DNA of 33,733 bases from Spirochaetaceae bacterium (lineage in GTDB: Bacteria; Spirochaetota; Spirochaetia; DSM-2461): positions 1 through 33,733 of the forward strand of contig JAOPTT010000021.1 in assembly GCA_051531975.1 (NCBI GenBank). The letters are read 5' to 3'. The notes beneath the pieces were generated by a model, which saw only the letters and a list, made by a program, of their open reading frames with translations, did not search any database and was not told the origin of the DNA. This document shows positions 1-9,768 of the stretch, piece by piece. Every line of letters begins with the position of its first letter. Within the stretch, counting starts at the first letter, position 1. The translations under genes and the position numbers were made by a program.

Positions 1-1217
1 ATAACTTCGTCTGTAATCTCTTTACACTTCATAGCTGGAGCCTGTTCAAATGGGATAACATCTGAAGGTATTTCAACAAATGTTTCTAACTCTTCATCAA
101 ACTTACCAGACTTATTACCATTAAAGAAATAAGTAACATGTCCAAATTTTTGTGTTTCGGAAATTGCATACTGTGAAACTTTATTAAAAGCTAAATATTC
201 AGCCATAGTTCTTGTAATTGTAGGAGGGTTAACTAAATATTGTTTTGGAATATGTAAATCACCATCGTACTCCATCATTCCTGCATATTCTACTTTAGGT
301 ACTCTAATTCGATCGAACTTATCAAAATCGTCACCATCTTCAAATGCTTTTGTAATTTCTAAAGATCTATCACCTCTGAAGTTAAAGAAAATAATACTAT
401 CGTTATCTTCTATTGATCCAACTGGTTGTCCATCTTCATCTGCAACAACAAACCCAGGAATATCCTGATCAATTGCTTTAGTCTCTTCTCTTAACATATG
501 AATAGCTTCAACTGCAGATGGAAATACCTGACCAATTCCTAGTACATGAGTTTCCCAACCCTTTTTAACCATATCCCAGTTAGCATTGTATCTGTCCATA
601 GTCAAAACCATTCGACCACCACCAGAAGCTATTTTAGCATCAAATGAATCATCTGATAATTCTTCTAAAAATGCCTGGAATGGCTCAAAATAATCTAAAG
701 CAGAAGTTGCACCAACATCTCTTCCATCTAATAAAGCGTGAACTCTAACAGTTTTTACTCCATTAGATTTTGCTGTTCTAACCATATGCTCTAAGTGATC
801 TATATGAGAGTGAACATTACCGTCTGAAAGTAGACCTAAAAAGTGTAATGTACTATCGTTTTCTTTAACATTATTTGTTAATTTTAACCAAGTATCACCT
901 TGATAAAGATGTCCTGTAGCAATTGAGTTTGAGACAAGTTTTGCACCTTGAGAAAATACCCGGCCACAACCTATTGCATTATGTCCAACTTCTGAGTTAC
1001 CCATATCTCCATCTGATGGTAAACCAACAGCAATACCATGAGCTTTAACAGGCACATTTGAACATGTAGCTGTTAAATTATCTAAATTAGGAAGGTTTGA
1101 AGCTTTTACAGCATCACCTTCTTCGTATTTTCCATAACCAACACCATCCATTATTGCCAATACAACTGGACCACTCTTTTTATTTAAAGTTTGGTGTTTT
1201 TTTAATTCTTCAACCAT
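1..1217 (-). CDS. gpmI: 2,3-bisphosphoglycerate-independent phosphoglycerate mutase (runs off the left edge; not in ORF track)
   Basis: Manual translation from ATG at 1217 (RBS GTAGGAG upstream) gives MVEELKKHQTLNKKSGPVVLAIMDGVGYG...GLPSDGDMGNSEVGHNAIGCGR...LLSDGNVHSH...HALLDGRDV...GGGRMVLTMDRY...NFRGDR...SETQKFGHVTYFFNG, which are iPGM signature motifs. Confidence 0.96.
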   Translation of the reverse strand, partial: MVEELKKHQTLNKKSGPVVLAIMDGVGYGKYEEGDAVKASNLPNLDNLTATCSNVPVKAHGIAVGLPSDGDMGNSEVGHNAIGCGRVFSQGAKLVSNSIATGHLYQGDTWLKLTNNVKENDSTLHFLGLLSDGNVHSHIDHLEHMVRTAKSNGVKTVRVHALLDGRDVGATSALDYFEPFQAFLEELSDDSFDAKIASGGGRMVLTMDRYNANWDMVKKGWETHVLGIGQVFPSAVEAIHMLREETKAIDQDIPGFVVADEDGQPVGSIEDNDSIIFFNFRGDRSLEITKAFEDGDDFDKFDRIRVPKVEYAGMMEYDGDLHIPKQYLVNPPTITRTMAEYLAFNKVSQYAISETQKFGHVTYFFNGNKSGKFDEELETFVEIPSDVIPFEQAPAMKCKEITDEV

Positions 1218-1254
1218 ATCATTCTCCTACGTAAAAGATATATAAATATCGATA

Positions 1255-2145
1255 CTATTTCAATTGTTTTAGCCAATTAGGAATACCTTCTTCCTTATAT
1301 ACAGATGTTGCCTGTATGAAAGGTCTTCCAAGTAAAACTCTAGTGGCTCCTAATGTTTTTGCTTTATACATATGTTCTTTTGTTCTAATTCCACCATCAA
1401 CCCAAACTTCATCACAAATATTTTTTAGTTCAGATATAATTTCTTTTAATCTATATGCGATACCTTCACCATCATCAAAAACTCTTCCACCATGATTAGA
1501 AACTACAACAATATCTGGTCTAACTTCTTTCATTAATTCTAGATCGGCTTGGCTCTGAACACCTTTTATAATAAATGGTTTGTTACAGTGGGATTTTAGT
1601 TCTAGTAATTGTTTAGCATTTTTTTTCTCTAATGAAACTAGACCTTCCATTGTAGGGATTCTATATGAATCGATATCAACACCTATTATATTCGCAATAC
1701 CTTCTACAAGCTCAAAACGTTCCAATATATTTTTATTAGGGTATGGTTTTATAAATGCCGTACCTTTAAAATTATTATTTTTTAATGCTTTAATACCACT
1801 TAAAAGTTTAAAATCCGGGGTGCCATCACCAATACAGTACATAATATCAGCTTTTTGTGCCCCTTTAGCCATATAGTTATGAAATACAGCTTCTGGAAAG
1901 ACATTACCCATATTTTGACCAACTCCTGTCATTGGAGCTACTCCTATCAATGGTAGTTCATTCGAAATATTTTCAACTTCAATATCATTCCATGAGTTAT
2001 AGTTATTAATAAATGTTTTAGCTTTACCTTTTCCACCCATTCCAGGGACTTCACCAACACACCCATGTCCATTACATTTTGAACACCCACGACATGCTTC
2101 ATGTGTAGCTAAAGAAATTGCTCTGTTATATTCTATTTTATTCAT
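1255..2145 (-). CDS. FMN-dependent alpha-hydroxy-acid dehydrogenase/oxidase family protein with N-terminal Cys cluster
   Basis: Motifs APMTG, PFIIKGV, VVSNHGGR, VDGGIR, LLGRP; N-terminal CRGCSKCNGHGC-x4-PGMGGKG. Confidence 0.85.
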   Translation of the reverse strand: MNKIEYNRAISLATHEACRGCSKCNGHGCVGEVPGMGGKGKAKTFINNYNSWNDIEVENISNELPLIGVAPMTGVGQNMGNVFPEAVFHNYMAKGAQKADIMYCIGDGTPDFKLLSGIKALKNNNFKGTAFIKPYPNKNILERFELVEGIANIIGVDIDSYRIPTMEGLVSLEKKNAKQLLELKSHCNKPFIIKGVQSQADLELMKEVRPDIVVVSNHGGRVFDDGEGIAYRLKEIISELKNICDEVWVDGGIRTKEHMYKAKTLGATRVLLGRPFIQATSVYKEEGIPNWLKQLK

Positions 2146-3628
2146 TGCATCCTTTTAAAAGATCATCATATATTTCTATATATTGTTTAGCAGAGTTGGA
2201 CCATAAAAATTGCTGTTTAAAGCCCTCTCTTCTTAATTCATCAAATTTATCTGGTTCATTATAGAATAAATCAGTAGCTTCTGTAACTGATTGAACAAGG
2301 TTTTTTAGAACCTTTATTTTTGACATTCCATTAAAACCAAAACCTGTACCACCCTTCTGTTTATGAGGAATAACCGTATCTTTTAAACCTCCAACAAATC
2401 TAACTAATGGTGGTGTTGCATTACTTAATGATTCCATCTGGGTAATTCCACATGGCTCGTATAAACTAGGCATTAAAAAGAGGTCACAACCTAAACTGAT
2501 TTTACTAGCTAGTTCTTTATCAAAAGCTAAAGTAACTGATATATTTTTAAAATCTCTGAATTCCTTTAAAAAATCCTCATATTCCGGAAGACCTGTTGCT
2601 AATATAGCTATGTTTACATTTTTAATATCTGCTATATGCTCTAATATGCTTTTACCACCAAATTTTTCTTGCAATAATTTAAATTTCTGCTCAACTGCCC
2701 TACCAACAAATCCAATTAAGAAGTTATTTTTATTATCACTTTCTACAAATTTACTACTTAGTTCAGATTTACACTTCTGTTTTAAAGAGATAGTTTTTGA
2801 ATAATCTCTGTTTTTAGAGTATTCAAAACCATTTAAAATCCCATATAAAGAGTTGTTTTTATTATGAATTTTTAAAGATTTCTCTAAACCATGACCTCCG
2901 GAGAAAAATCTATAGGGCCTATCTTTTTTTAATATCTCGTTTTTATAAGTTGGACTAACAGCATTAACCGCATCTGCAGATTTAATGCCAAATAGAAGTG
3001 GATTTACCGAATTCCATTTTTTTCTAGGATCTTTAAAATCTTTTCTCATCTCTTTTGAATGCAGATAAGACATAACACTCCAGTTTCTAATTGCTGGAAT
3101 CCACATATTTCCCTGATAGGAATTATTGTGAATTGTAATTAATCTTTTTGCTGAATTATTATCTAATTTTAGCTGCCCTAATAAAAATCCTAATCCCCAA
3201 TCATTAACATGAACTATATCTGGTTGTTGTTGTTCAACTATTTTAGCACCAGCTAATGAAAAGAAGTGGAATCTAATAAAATCATCATAAAAAGGTGTAT
3301 GGTCACTAAATACATATGGTTCACCATACTCCGCTTCAAAATATGTACTATTTTTTATAAATGAGACAGAGATATCTTTATAAGTAGATTTATGAATTGA
3401 TACAAGTTCAGTAACTTTAATACCCTCTTTATTTCTAAATGGTATTGAGAATTCTAAATATGGTTTCTCATGGACCCATTTTTTATCAATCGATGAATAT
3501 AGAGGAGTTATTATTTCAATGTCTACACCTAATTGTTGGACTGCTAGAGGTAATTCTAGGGCAACATCCCCTACACCTCCTACTTTTGAAAATGGTTTAC
3601 ATTCTAATGCAAAATATAAAACTCTCAT
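2138..3628 (-). CDS. glgA: Glycogen/starch synthase (GT5)
   Basis: PFSKVGGVGDV (KxGG ADP-glucose loop), HVNDW, TIHN, NAVSPTY, GILNG, LMPSLYEPCGITQM, VGGLKDTV. Confidence 0.92.
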   Translation of the reverse strand: MRVLYFALECKPFSKVGGVGDVALELPLAVQQLGVDIEIITPLYSSIDKKWVHEKPYLEFSIPFRNKEGIKVTELVSIHKSTYKDISVSFIKNSTYFEAEYGEPYVFSDHTPFYDDFIRFHFFSLAGAKIVEQQQPDIVHVNDWGLGFLLGQLKLDNNSAKRLITIHNNSYQGNMWIPAIRNWSVMSYLHSKEMRKDFKDPRKKWNSVNPLLFGIKSADAVNAVSPTYKNEILKKDRPYRFFSGGHGLEKSLKIHNKNNSLYGILNGFEYSKNRDYSKTISLKQKCKSELSSKFVESDNKNNFLIGFVGRAVEQKFKLLQEKFGGKSILEHIADIKNVNIAILATGLPEYEDFLKEFRDFKNISVTLAFDKELASKISLGCDLFLMPSLYEPCGITQMESLSNATPPLVRFVGGLKDTVIPHKQKGGTGFGFNGMSKIKVLKNLVQSVTEATDLFYNEPDKFDELRREGFKQQFLWSNSAKQYIEIYDDLLKGCNE

Positions 3629-3632
3629 TGAG

Positions 3633-4325
3633 TTAGTTCTCCTTTAAAAACCTGTCAAAGTTATTATATATATTCTCTTTTAAGACATCTAAAGGAATGT
3701 TCTTAATAGATGATATTGATTTATAAGTAGTTATTATTTGATCTGTATAGTTCTTTGAACCTAAAGATATAAAGTCTTTAGATAACATATCTGATTCTAT
3801 CAATAATTTATCAATTGGAACAGATTTAATTATATGATTTAACCTTTCATTTTTTATTTCTCTATTTGAAAACGAAAAAAAGCTATTTAATTCCAATAAT
3901 TGTCTAAAAGTTTCATAACTACCTGAATAACCATGAAACATTGCTGGAATATCTTTATTAAAGTTTGATTGTAAGCAGTTAAGTAAGGGACCCCATGCTT
4001 TTACACAATGGATACTAATACTTCTACTATATTCTTTAGATAAATTTAGAAATGTATTAAAGACATCTACCTGTTTTATCATGTTATTATTTCTTTTATC
4101 TAAACCTATCTCACCTATTTTAATATCTCTATCATTTTTTATATTATCTATTATATTATTCCAATTAATATCTGTTTCTAGAAACAGAGGATGTAATCCT
4201 ATGGATTTATACATTTTTTTAATGTTACTTAATAACAAGATATCTGAAACCTGGTAAGAATTATATAACGATAAAATTGGTGTTGTTTCTGTTATATGGT
4301 TATGGGAATCTATATAGTCATTCAT
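3633..4325 (-). CDS. tatD: TatD-family hydrolase/DNase
   Basis: IDSHNH, GLHP, IGEIGLD, SIHCVKAW, MFHGYSG, LLIESD. Confidence 0.88.
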   Translation of the reverse strand: MNDYIDSHNHITETTPILSLYNSYQVSDILLLSNIKKMYKSIGLHPLFLETDINWNNIIDNIKNDRDIKIGEIGLDKRNNNMIKQVDVFNTFLNLSKEYSRSISIHCVKAWGPLLNCLQSNFNKDIPAMFHGYSGSYETFRQLLELNSFFSFSNREIKNERLNHIIKSVPIDKLLIESDMLSKDFISLGSKNYTDQIITTYKSISSIKNIPLDVLKENIYNNFDRFLKEN

Positions 4326-4373
4326 TAAATATATTATACACTATAAAAAAAAATTGTAATTTCAAAAAAAGTA

Positions 4374-4402
4374 TTGACCATTTTTTCTGTGTAAAGTATA
4401 TT
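4374..4402 (+). promoter_or_regulatory. sigma70-type promoter of tRNA-Phe
   Basis: TTGACC (4374-4379), 17-nt spacer, TATATT (4397-4402), with an A-rich UP-like tract upstream; ends 14 nt before the tRNA. Confidence 0.7.
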
Positions 4403-4416
4403 TTGTCACGTTGTTA

Positions 4417-4489
4417 GCCGCTGTAGCTCAGTCGGTAGAGCAGGGGACTGAAAATCCCTGTGTCAAGAGTTCAAGTCTCTTTGGTGGCA
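4417..4489 (+). tRNA. tRNA-Phe (GAA), CCA not encoded
   Basis: Cloverleaf: acceptor GCCGCTG/TGGTGGC, D arm GCTCAGTCGGTAGAGC, anticodon arm GGGGA-CTGAAAA-TCCCT, T arm AAGAG-TTCAAGT-CTCTT, discriminator A. Confidence 0.96.
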
Positions 4490-4498
4490 TAAAACAAT

Positions 4499-4528
4499 AA
4501 CCGTAGATCTAATCTACGGTTTTTTTTT
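4499..4528 (+). terminator. Rho-independent terminator after tRNA-Phe
   Basis: AACCGTAGAT-CTA-ATCTACGGTT followed by a T run. Confidence 0.88.
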
Positions 4529-4561
4529 GCACTAAGTTGAATTTATTGTTATATTTAAACC

Positions 4562-5080
4562 ATGATGAAAAATATTATTATTATATTCAGCATTTTATTT
4601 GTTTCTAGTTGTATAACTGTAAAAGAAAAAGAGTTTATTCCAGAAAAAATAGAAAATGTAACAGCTAATAAAGTAGAATTAAAAAATATTAGAACTATTA
4701 GGCAAGCACTTTCTGATGGTGTAATATTAAACTCAGACCCGTATTATTCAGATTTTGCAGTATTAATTTTAGATTTAATAAATAGTAAGAATTGGAATGA
4801 GATATCTATATTAACAATTAAGGAATTATATAACGATTATGTTATTGATAATAATGGAGAGTTAATAGATTATTGTATGTTTATGTTACATACAGGAGAC
4901 GAAGGTATATCTACAAATTACACATTAAATCAAATTGACAATGCTTTTTATACTGATAGTTACTTAATTGATGATAAAATTATATATGAAGGAATATATA
5001 CTTATCCTACAGGTGAAACTGAATTCTTTAAGATTCTTTTATCTGAATCAGACGAAGGCTTATTAATAACTAGGGAGTAA
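4562..5080 (+). CDS. Hypothetical lipoprotein
   Basis: 172-aa ORF; signal peptide MKNIIIIFSILFVSSC ending in a lipobox-like Cys. Confidence 0.7.
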   Translation: MMKNIIIIFSILFVSSCITVKEKEFIPEKIENVTANKVELKNIRTIRQALSDGVILNSDPYYSDFAVLILDLINSKNWNEISILTIKELYNDYVIDNNGELIDYCMFMLHTGDEGISTNYTLNQIDNAFYTDSYLIDDKIIYEGIYTYPTGETEFFKILLSESDEGLLITRE

Positions 5081-5081
5081 A

Positions 5082-6104
5082 ATGGAAAATGTAGCAATAT
5101 TATGGGATATCGAAAATGTAACCCCTAAAAGTAACAATACACTTTTTATTGAAGGAATGTGGGAATATTCTGAATCTATTGGAAGAGTTGTATCTAGTCA
5201 TGCATATGCAGATTGGAGTAAACCTCAATTTAGAAAAATTGGACCAGTATTAAGCTCCCTACATTTTCATATGGTGCATATACCAAGAGAAAAAACAAAA
5301 AAGAATAGCGCAGATATGCAACTTGTAACTGATTCTTTAGAGCTTCTTAGATATTATAATCATATTGATACATATATATTAATAACAGGTGATAGTGATT
5401 TTAGACCTCTATTGCATACCTTAAGAAAAACAGGTAAAAAGATACATATTATTTGTGATATCACAACAGCAAGCCAAGACCTACTCTATTTAGCAGACTT
5501 TTTTGTGGATTATAGGGATATTATTCAGTATAGCGAGCACGAACACGAGGAACTTGGTTCTATGTTTGAATACAATTCAGATGATGATTCAGCAGAATCT
5601 TCTTCTGTGGAAACATCATACAGAGGAATTAATTCTAGGGAGTTTTGGTATCCCGCAATTGGAGAAGCTGCTGCCCTACTTGAGAAAGAGAATAAAATTT
5701 GCAATATGTCCACACTAAAAATAAAATTAAAAATGTTAAATCCTGAATTTGATGAAAAAAAATTAGGCTTTAAACGTTGGAGTTTATGTGTGCACCTTGC
5801 GTCAAAAGCAGGTTTTATAACACTTGAAGAGAGTGATAATCAAACTATAATTAAGCCTTTAAAAGAAAATTATATTAGTGGAGAACTACAAAATGCATTT
5901 GTGGTATTAAGTAAAATATTAAAGGAAGATATAGATAATGAATTTCAGAGTTTTGCTTTAATAAGCTCCAAAATGTCAAAATCAGGAATAATCTTAGAAG
6001 ATTTAGGTTTTAAGAAGTTTAAGAAGTTTATTTTAGCCGCCGAAGTCAGGGGCCTAATCGAAACAAAAATTGAAAATAATGCTCAATATATTAGAGCGAT
6101 ATAA
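5082..6104 (+). CDS. NYN (LabA/DUF88, PIN-like) domain protein with C-terminal LOTUS/OST-HTH domains
   Basis: WDIEN, KNSADMQL, ITGDSDF PIN-like motifs; C-terminal FDEKKLGFKRW and LEDLGFKKFKKFI LOTUS-like motifs. Confidence 0.85.
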   Translation: MENVAILWDIENVTPKSNNTLFIEGMWEYSESIGRVVSSHAYADWSKPQFRKIGPVLSSLHFHMVHIPREKTKKNSADMQLVTDSLELLRYYNHIDTYILITGDSDFRPLLHTLRKTGKKIHIICDITTASQDLLYLADFFVDYRDIIQYSEHEHEELGSMFEYNSDDDSAESSSVETSYRGINSREFWYPAIGEAAALLEKENKICNMSTLKIKLKMLNPEFDEKKLGFKRWSLCVHLASKAGFITLEESDNQTIIKPLKENYISGELQNAFVVLSKILKEDIDNEFQSFALISSKMSKSGIILEDLGFKKFKKFILAAEVRGLIETKIENNAQYIRAI

Positions 6105-6115
6105 GAGGTAATAAC

Positions 6116-6394
6116 ATGAATTGGAGAGCATCCCACATATTAGTAAAAGATCCAGAGATTGCATCACGAATAATTATTGAATTAAGAAATGGAGCTGATT
6201 TTAAAGTACTAGCAAAAAAGTATTCAACCTGTCCAAGTAAAAAAAAGGGTGGTGATTTAGGATGGTTTGGCCCTGGAGCTATGGTTCAGGCATTCGAAAA
6301 CTCTGTTAAGAGCTTATCTGTTGGTAGAACCAGTAAACCAGTTAGAACGCAATTTGGATTACATATAATTAAAAAAACAGGACAACGTGGCTAA
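6116..6394 (+). CDS. ppiC: Parvulin-type peptidyl-prolyl cis-trans isomerase
   Basis: ASHILVK, LAKKYSTCPS, GGDLGWF, MVQAFE, TQFGLHII; 92 aa. Confidence 0.93.
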   Translation: MNWRASHILVKDPEIASRIIIELRNGADFKVLAKKYSTCPSKKKGGDLGWFGPGAMVQAFENSVKSLSVGRTSKPVRTQFGLHIIKKTGQRG

Positions 6395-7733
6395 AATAGA
6401 TTCACTTTTTCTTAAAAATATATTTAGGTTAATGATTCCAATAGCTCTACAAAATCTAATTTTTTCTGGCCTAAACATGGTTGATACATTAATGATTGGC
6501 CAGTTAGGTGAAGAATCTATTGCAGGAGTATCATTAGCTAACCAATTTTTCTTTATTTTAACTCTAATCTATTTTGGTATATCTGGTGGTTCTGCAATCT
6601 TTACAAGCCAGTTCTGGGGTGCAAAAAAATATGATAAAATAATTAACATCCTTGGTGTTGCTATAAAATTAGCTGTTATTGTTGGATCTATTTTTACAAT
6701 ATTTGGCTTTTTCTTTCCCGAGGTTGTATTATCAGTTTTCACTAACGATGAAGAAGTTATTAATATTGGTGCGGGGTATCTGAGAATAACCTCTTTATGT
6801 TATATTGTTAGTGGTATAACTTTCATATTTAGTGGTGTTTTAAGAAGCACAGGGCAAGTCAAACTGCCCTTAATAATATCTGGTATATCACTAATGTTAA
6901 ATACAATCATAAACTATCTTCTAATATTTGGTTCTTTTGGGTTCCCTAAACTCGGTGTAAAAGGTGCGGCAATTGCAACTTTAATTTCTAGAATTGTAGA
7001 GTTTAGTCTGTTATTTTTAGTACAAAAAATTAATAAAAGTGAGTTGCTTAAATTTAAACTCAGAGATTTTTATCTGTTAGGTGAATTAAAACAAAAATTT
7101 AGGAAAACTGTACTGCCTGTTGTTTTAAATGAAGGTTTTTGGGCAGTAGGAGCTGCTTTTTATAGTGCAATATATGCAAGAATGGGTACTCCAGAGGTTG
7201 CATCTTATCAGATTCAACAAACTATAACTAATATTTTTCTAATTTTTGTTTTTGGTATTGGAAATGCCAGTGGAATTTTAATAGGAAATAAAATTGGTGA
7301 AGGTGATCTAAAAACTACTTATACCTACGGTAAACAATTAATTATCCTATCTATTTTTATTGGTGTTATAACAGGTATTTTTGTCTATATGTTTGCCCCA
7401 TATCTAGTAAGTTTTTTTAATGTATCTTCTTTAGTTATAGATACAGCAAATAATTTAGTCAAACTTTTTGCAATTGTATTAGTATTTAAATCAATAAATA
7501 TAACCTTAATTGTTGGTATTTTCCGAGGTGGAGGGGATACTAAAACAGCAATGTTTATGGATATTATTTCAGTGTGGTGTATAGGTATACCACTTGGAAT
7601 ATTAGCTGCATTTATTTTTAAACTACCTATCGAGATAGTTTACCTTATAATAACTATAGAAGAATTATCAAAATGTATATATGGATACTATAGATTAAAA
7701 AGTAAAAAATGGATGCATATTTTAACAGATTAA
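6387..7733 (+). CDS. MATE family efflux transporter
   Basis: About 12 hydrophobic segments; PIALQN...NMVDTLMIGQLG, PKLGVKGAAIATLISR, RGGGDT; GTG start overlaps the ppiC stop. Confidence 0.92.
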   Translation: MAKIDSLFLKNIFRLMIPIALQNLIFSGLNMVDTLMIGQLGEESIAGVSLANQFFFILTLIYFGISGGSAIFTSQFWGAKKYDKIINILGVAIKLAVIVGSIFTIFGFFFPEVVLSVFTNDEEVINIGAGYLRITSLCYIVSGITFIFSGVLRSTGQVKLPLIISGISLMLNTIINYLLIFGSFGFPKLGVKGAAIATLISRIVEFSLLFLVQKINKSELLKFKLRDFYLLGELKQKFRKTVLPVVLNEGFWAVGAAFYSAIYARMGTPEVASYQIQQTITNIFLIFVFGIGNASGILIGNKIGEGDLKTTYTYGKQLIILSIFIGVITGIFVYMFAPYLVSFFNVSSLVIDTANNLVKLFAIVLVFKSINITLIVGIFRGGGDTKTAMFMDIISVWCIGIPLGILAAFIFKLPIEIVYLIITIEELSKCIYGYYRLKSKKWMHILTD

Positions 7734-7751
7734 TACCTTGATTATTATATT

Positions 7752-7770
7752 AGTAATGATTATCATTTCT
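7752..7770. promoter_or_regulatory. Fur-box-like operator upstream of pgl-zwf
   Basis: TAATGAT-T-ATCATTT 7-1-7 near-palindrome; 14/19 match to GATAATGATAATCATTATC; the core 11-mer recurs upstream of gnd. Confidence 0.5.
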
Positions 7771-7781
7771 TAGGGGTTGAT

Positions 7782-8429
7782 ATGAATTTAAAATCCAATA
7801 AAAATATTAAAATAGAGAGTTTTCAAGAGCTAAAATTACTTTCTAAACAGCTTCTTAATGAGTTAAAGCCTGGTAATATTGCACTTTCAGGTGGATCTAC
7901 TTATCTTCAGCTATTAAAATTATGGTCACATGAAGAATTGGACCTAAAAAATATTAATTTTTACCCAGTTGATGAAAGAGTTGTAGATTTTGAAAGTCCA
8001 GATAGTAACTGGGGAAATACATATAGAAACTTCTTAAAAAAATATGATAAAAACCGAAAAAATCATTTTATTGATGGGGTGAAATATAATCAGTATCTTG
8101 AAGATATATCTTTAAATACAATATTTTTAGGAGTTGGTGATGATGGTCATACAGCAAGTCTTTTTTCTTCTGAAATGGTTTTTTCAGATAATAATTTAAA
8201 AGTTATTGAAACATTAAGTCCAAAAGCTCCAATTAAAAGAGTATCTTTAACTGGTAATTACATAATATCAGCTGATAATATTATTATAATATTTTATGGA
8301 GATGGAAAAAAAGATATTGTAAATAAAGTATTACAAGGTAATGATTTACCAATAACAACACTATTAAACAGAGTAAAAAGAGGAATTATATATATTCATA
8401 AACCTCTTCTAGGAGATATCGATGAGTAA
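7782..8429 (+). CDS. pgl: 6-phosphogluconolactonase
   Basis: IALSGGST, VDERVV, DSNW, LGVGDDGHTASLF, RVSLT; overlaps the zwf start. Confidence 0.92.
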   Translation: MNLKSNKNIKIESFQELKLLSKQLLNELKPGNIALSGGSTYLQLLKLWSHEELDLKNINFYPVDERVVDFESPDSNWGNTYRNFLKKYDKNRKNHFIDGVKYNQYLEDISLNTIFLGVGDDGHTASLFSSEMVFSDNNLKVIETLSPKAPIKRVSLTGNYIISADNIIIIFYGDGKKDIVNKVLQGNDLPITTLLNRVKRGIIYIHKPLLGDIDE

Positions 8430-9738
8430 AACAGTACTTCTAATCCTTGGTGCATCAGGTGATTTAACTAAAAGAAAATTAATTCCCGCTCTAAGTTCTA
8501 TTCAAGAAAAAAAATTGCTGCCAGAAAATCTAGTTGTTATAGGATCTGGTAGAACACCTTATACCAACGAAGAGTATCGAAAACATGTAGAAACAAACGA
8601 TGAACTTTGTAACTGTCTCTATTATCATGTAGGGCTAGAAAACATAAAAGAGTATATTTATAGTTTTGGTAATATTGACAAAATTGTAGTATTTCTATCC
8701 CTACCTCCATCAGTATATGAAAAGACGATAAAAGATCTGTATAATCAAAATATTACAGGTGATAATGTTTCAGTTATAATTGAAAAACCTTTTGGAAGAG
8801 ATCTAAAAAGTGCTAAGCAATTAGAAAAAAATATTCTAAAATTTTATCCTCAGGAATCTATTTTTTTAATTGATCACTATTTAGCAAAAGAACCAGTGCA
8901 AAATATTTTAATATTTAGATTTGCAAATAAAATATTTGAAACAAATTGGAATAGATTTCACATTGAATCAATTCAAATAAACTGTTCAGAATCTATTGGA
9001 ATTGAAGATAGAGCTAAATATTTTGATCAGAGTGGTATGATTAGAGATATGATTCAGAGTCACCTAATACAATTATTAACTATTTTAACAATGGAAACTC
9101 CTAAAAGTAGCTCTGCTGAGGACATTGTAGCAGAAAAGTTAAAACTACTTAAAAAACTAAAGGTTAAAAATGTTGTTCGTGGACAATATAATGGATATAA
9201 AAATGAAAAAGGTGTTGCAGCAAATTCTAAAACAGAAACTTATGCTGAAATTGAGTTTAGAATTGAATCAGATAGATGGAATAATGTACCAATTTTTATA
9301 AAAACAGGAAAAGCACTATCAAGAAGAGGAACAGAGATTGGTGTTACTTTTAGAAATGCTGATAACCCAATTTTTGAAAATGAAAAATTAGAAAAAAATT
9401 CAATAGTTTTTACTGTACAGCCACAATCAGGTATTTTTGTGAATCTTGTTAATAAAGTTCCTGGTTGGGGTGCCACTTTAACCAATGCAAATATGAGTTT
9501 TTGTTATTCTGATAAATTTGAGGGGAACATTCCAGACGCTTACCAAAGACTGTTAGTCGATGCGATACATGGAGATAAATCATTATTTGTTGGTGTTGAT
9601 GAGACTACAGAGGCGTGGAAAGTCATAGAACCCGCTTTAGAAGACTCAGATTTGATTTATTATAATAGAGGTGAAGATCCAGCAGATATATTAAACAGTG
9701 AGCCTATAAACTTTAAAAATTACACTAATTTATGCTAA
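8422..9738 (+). CDS. zwf: Glucose-6-phosphate 1-dehydrogenase
   Basis: LGASGDLTKRKLIPAL, IEKPFG, IDHYLAKE, GMIRDMIQSH, RGQY, RW-x-x-VP, DAYQRLL. Confidence 0.95.
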   Translation: MSKTVLLILGASGDLTKRKLIPALSSIQEKKLLPENLVVIGSGRTPYTNEEYRKHVETNDELCNCLYYHVGLENIKEYIYSFGNIDKIVVFLSLPPSVYEKTIKDLYNQNITGDNVSVIIEKPFGRDLKSAKQLEKNILKFYPQESIFLIDHYLAKEPVQNILIFRFANKIFETNWNRFHIESIQINCSESIGIEDRAKYFDQSGMIRDMIQSHLIQLLTILTMETPKSSSAEDIVAEKLKLLKKLKVKNVVRGQYNGYKNEKGVAANSKTETYAEIEFRIESDRWNNVPIFIKTGKALSRRGTEIGVTFRNADNPIFENEKLEKNSIVFTVQPQSGIFVNLVNKVPGWGATLTNANMSFCYSDKFEGNIPDAYQRLLVDAIHGDKSLFVGVDETTEAWKVIEPALEDSDLIYYNRGEDPADILNSEPINFKNYTNLC

Positions 9739-9768
9739 AAAAATCCCCAAATTAGGGGATTTTTTTTA
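9737..9768. terminator. Bidirectional intrinsic terminator between convergent zwf and gnd
   Basis: AAAAAAATCCCC-AAATTA-GGGGATTTTTTT; the A/T tracts overlap both stop codons. Confidence 0.85.

Noticed and set aside
4417..4528. tRNA-Phe as an island integration site
   Set aside because: No duplicated tRNA 3' end seen, and the island starts more than 7 kb away.
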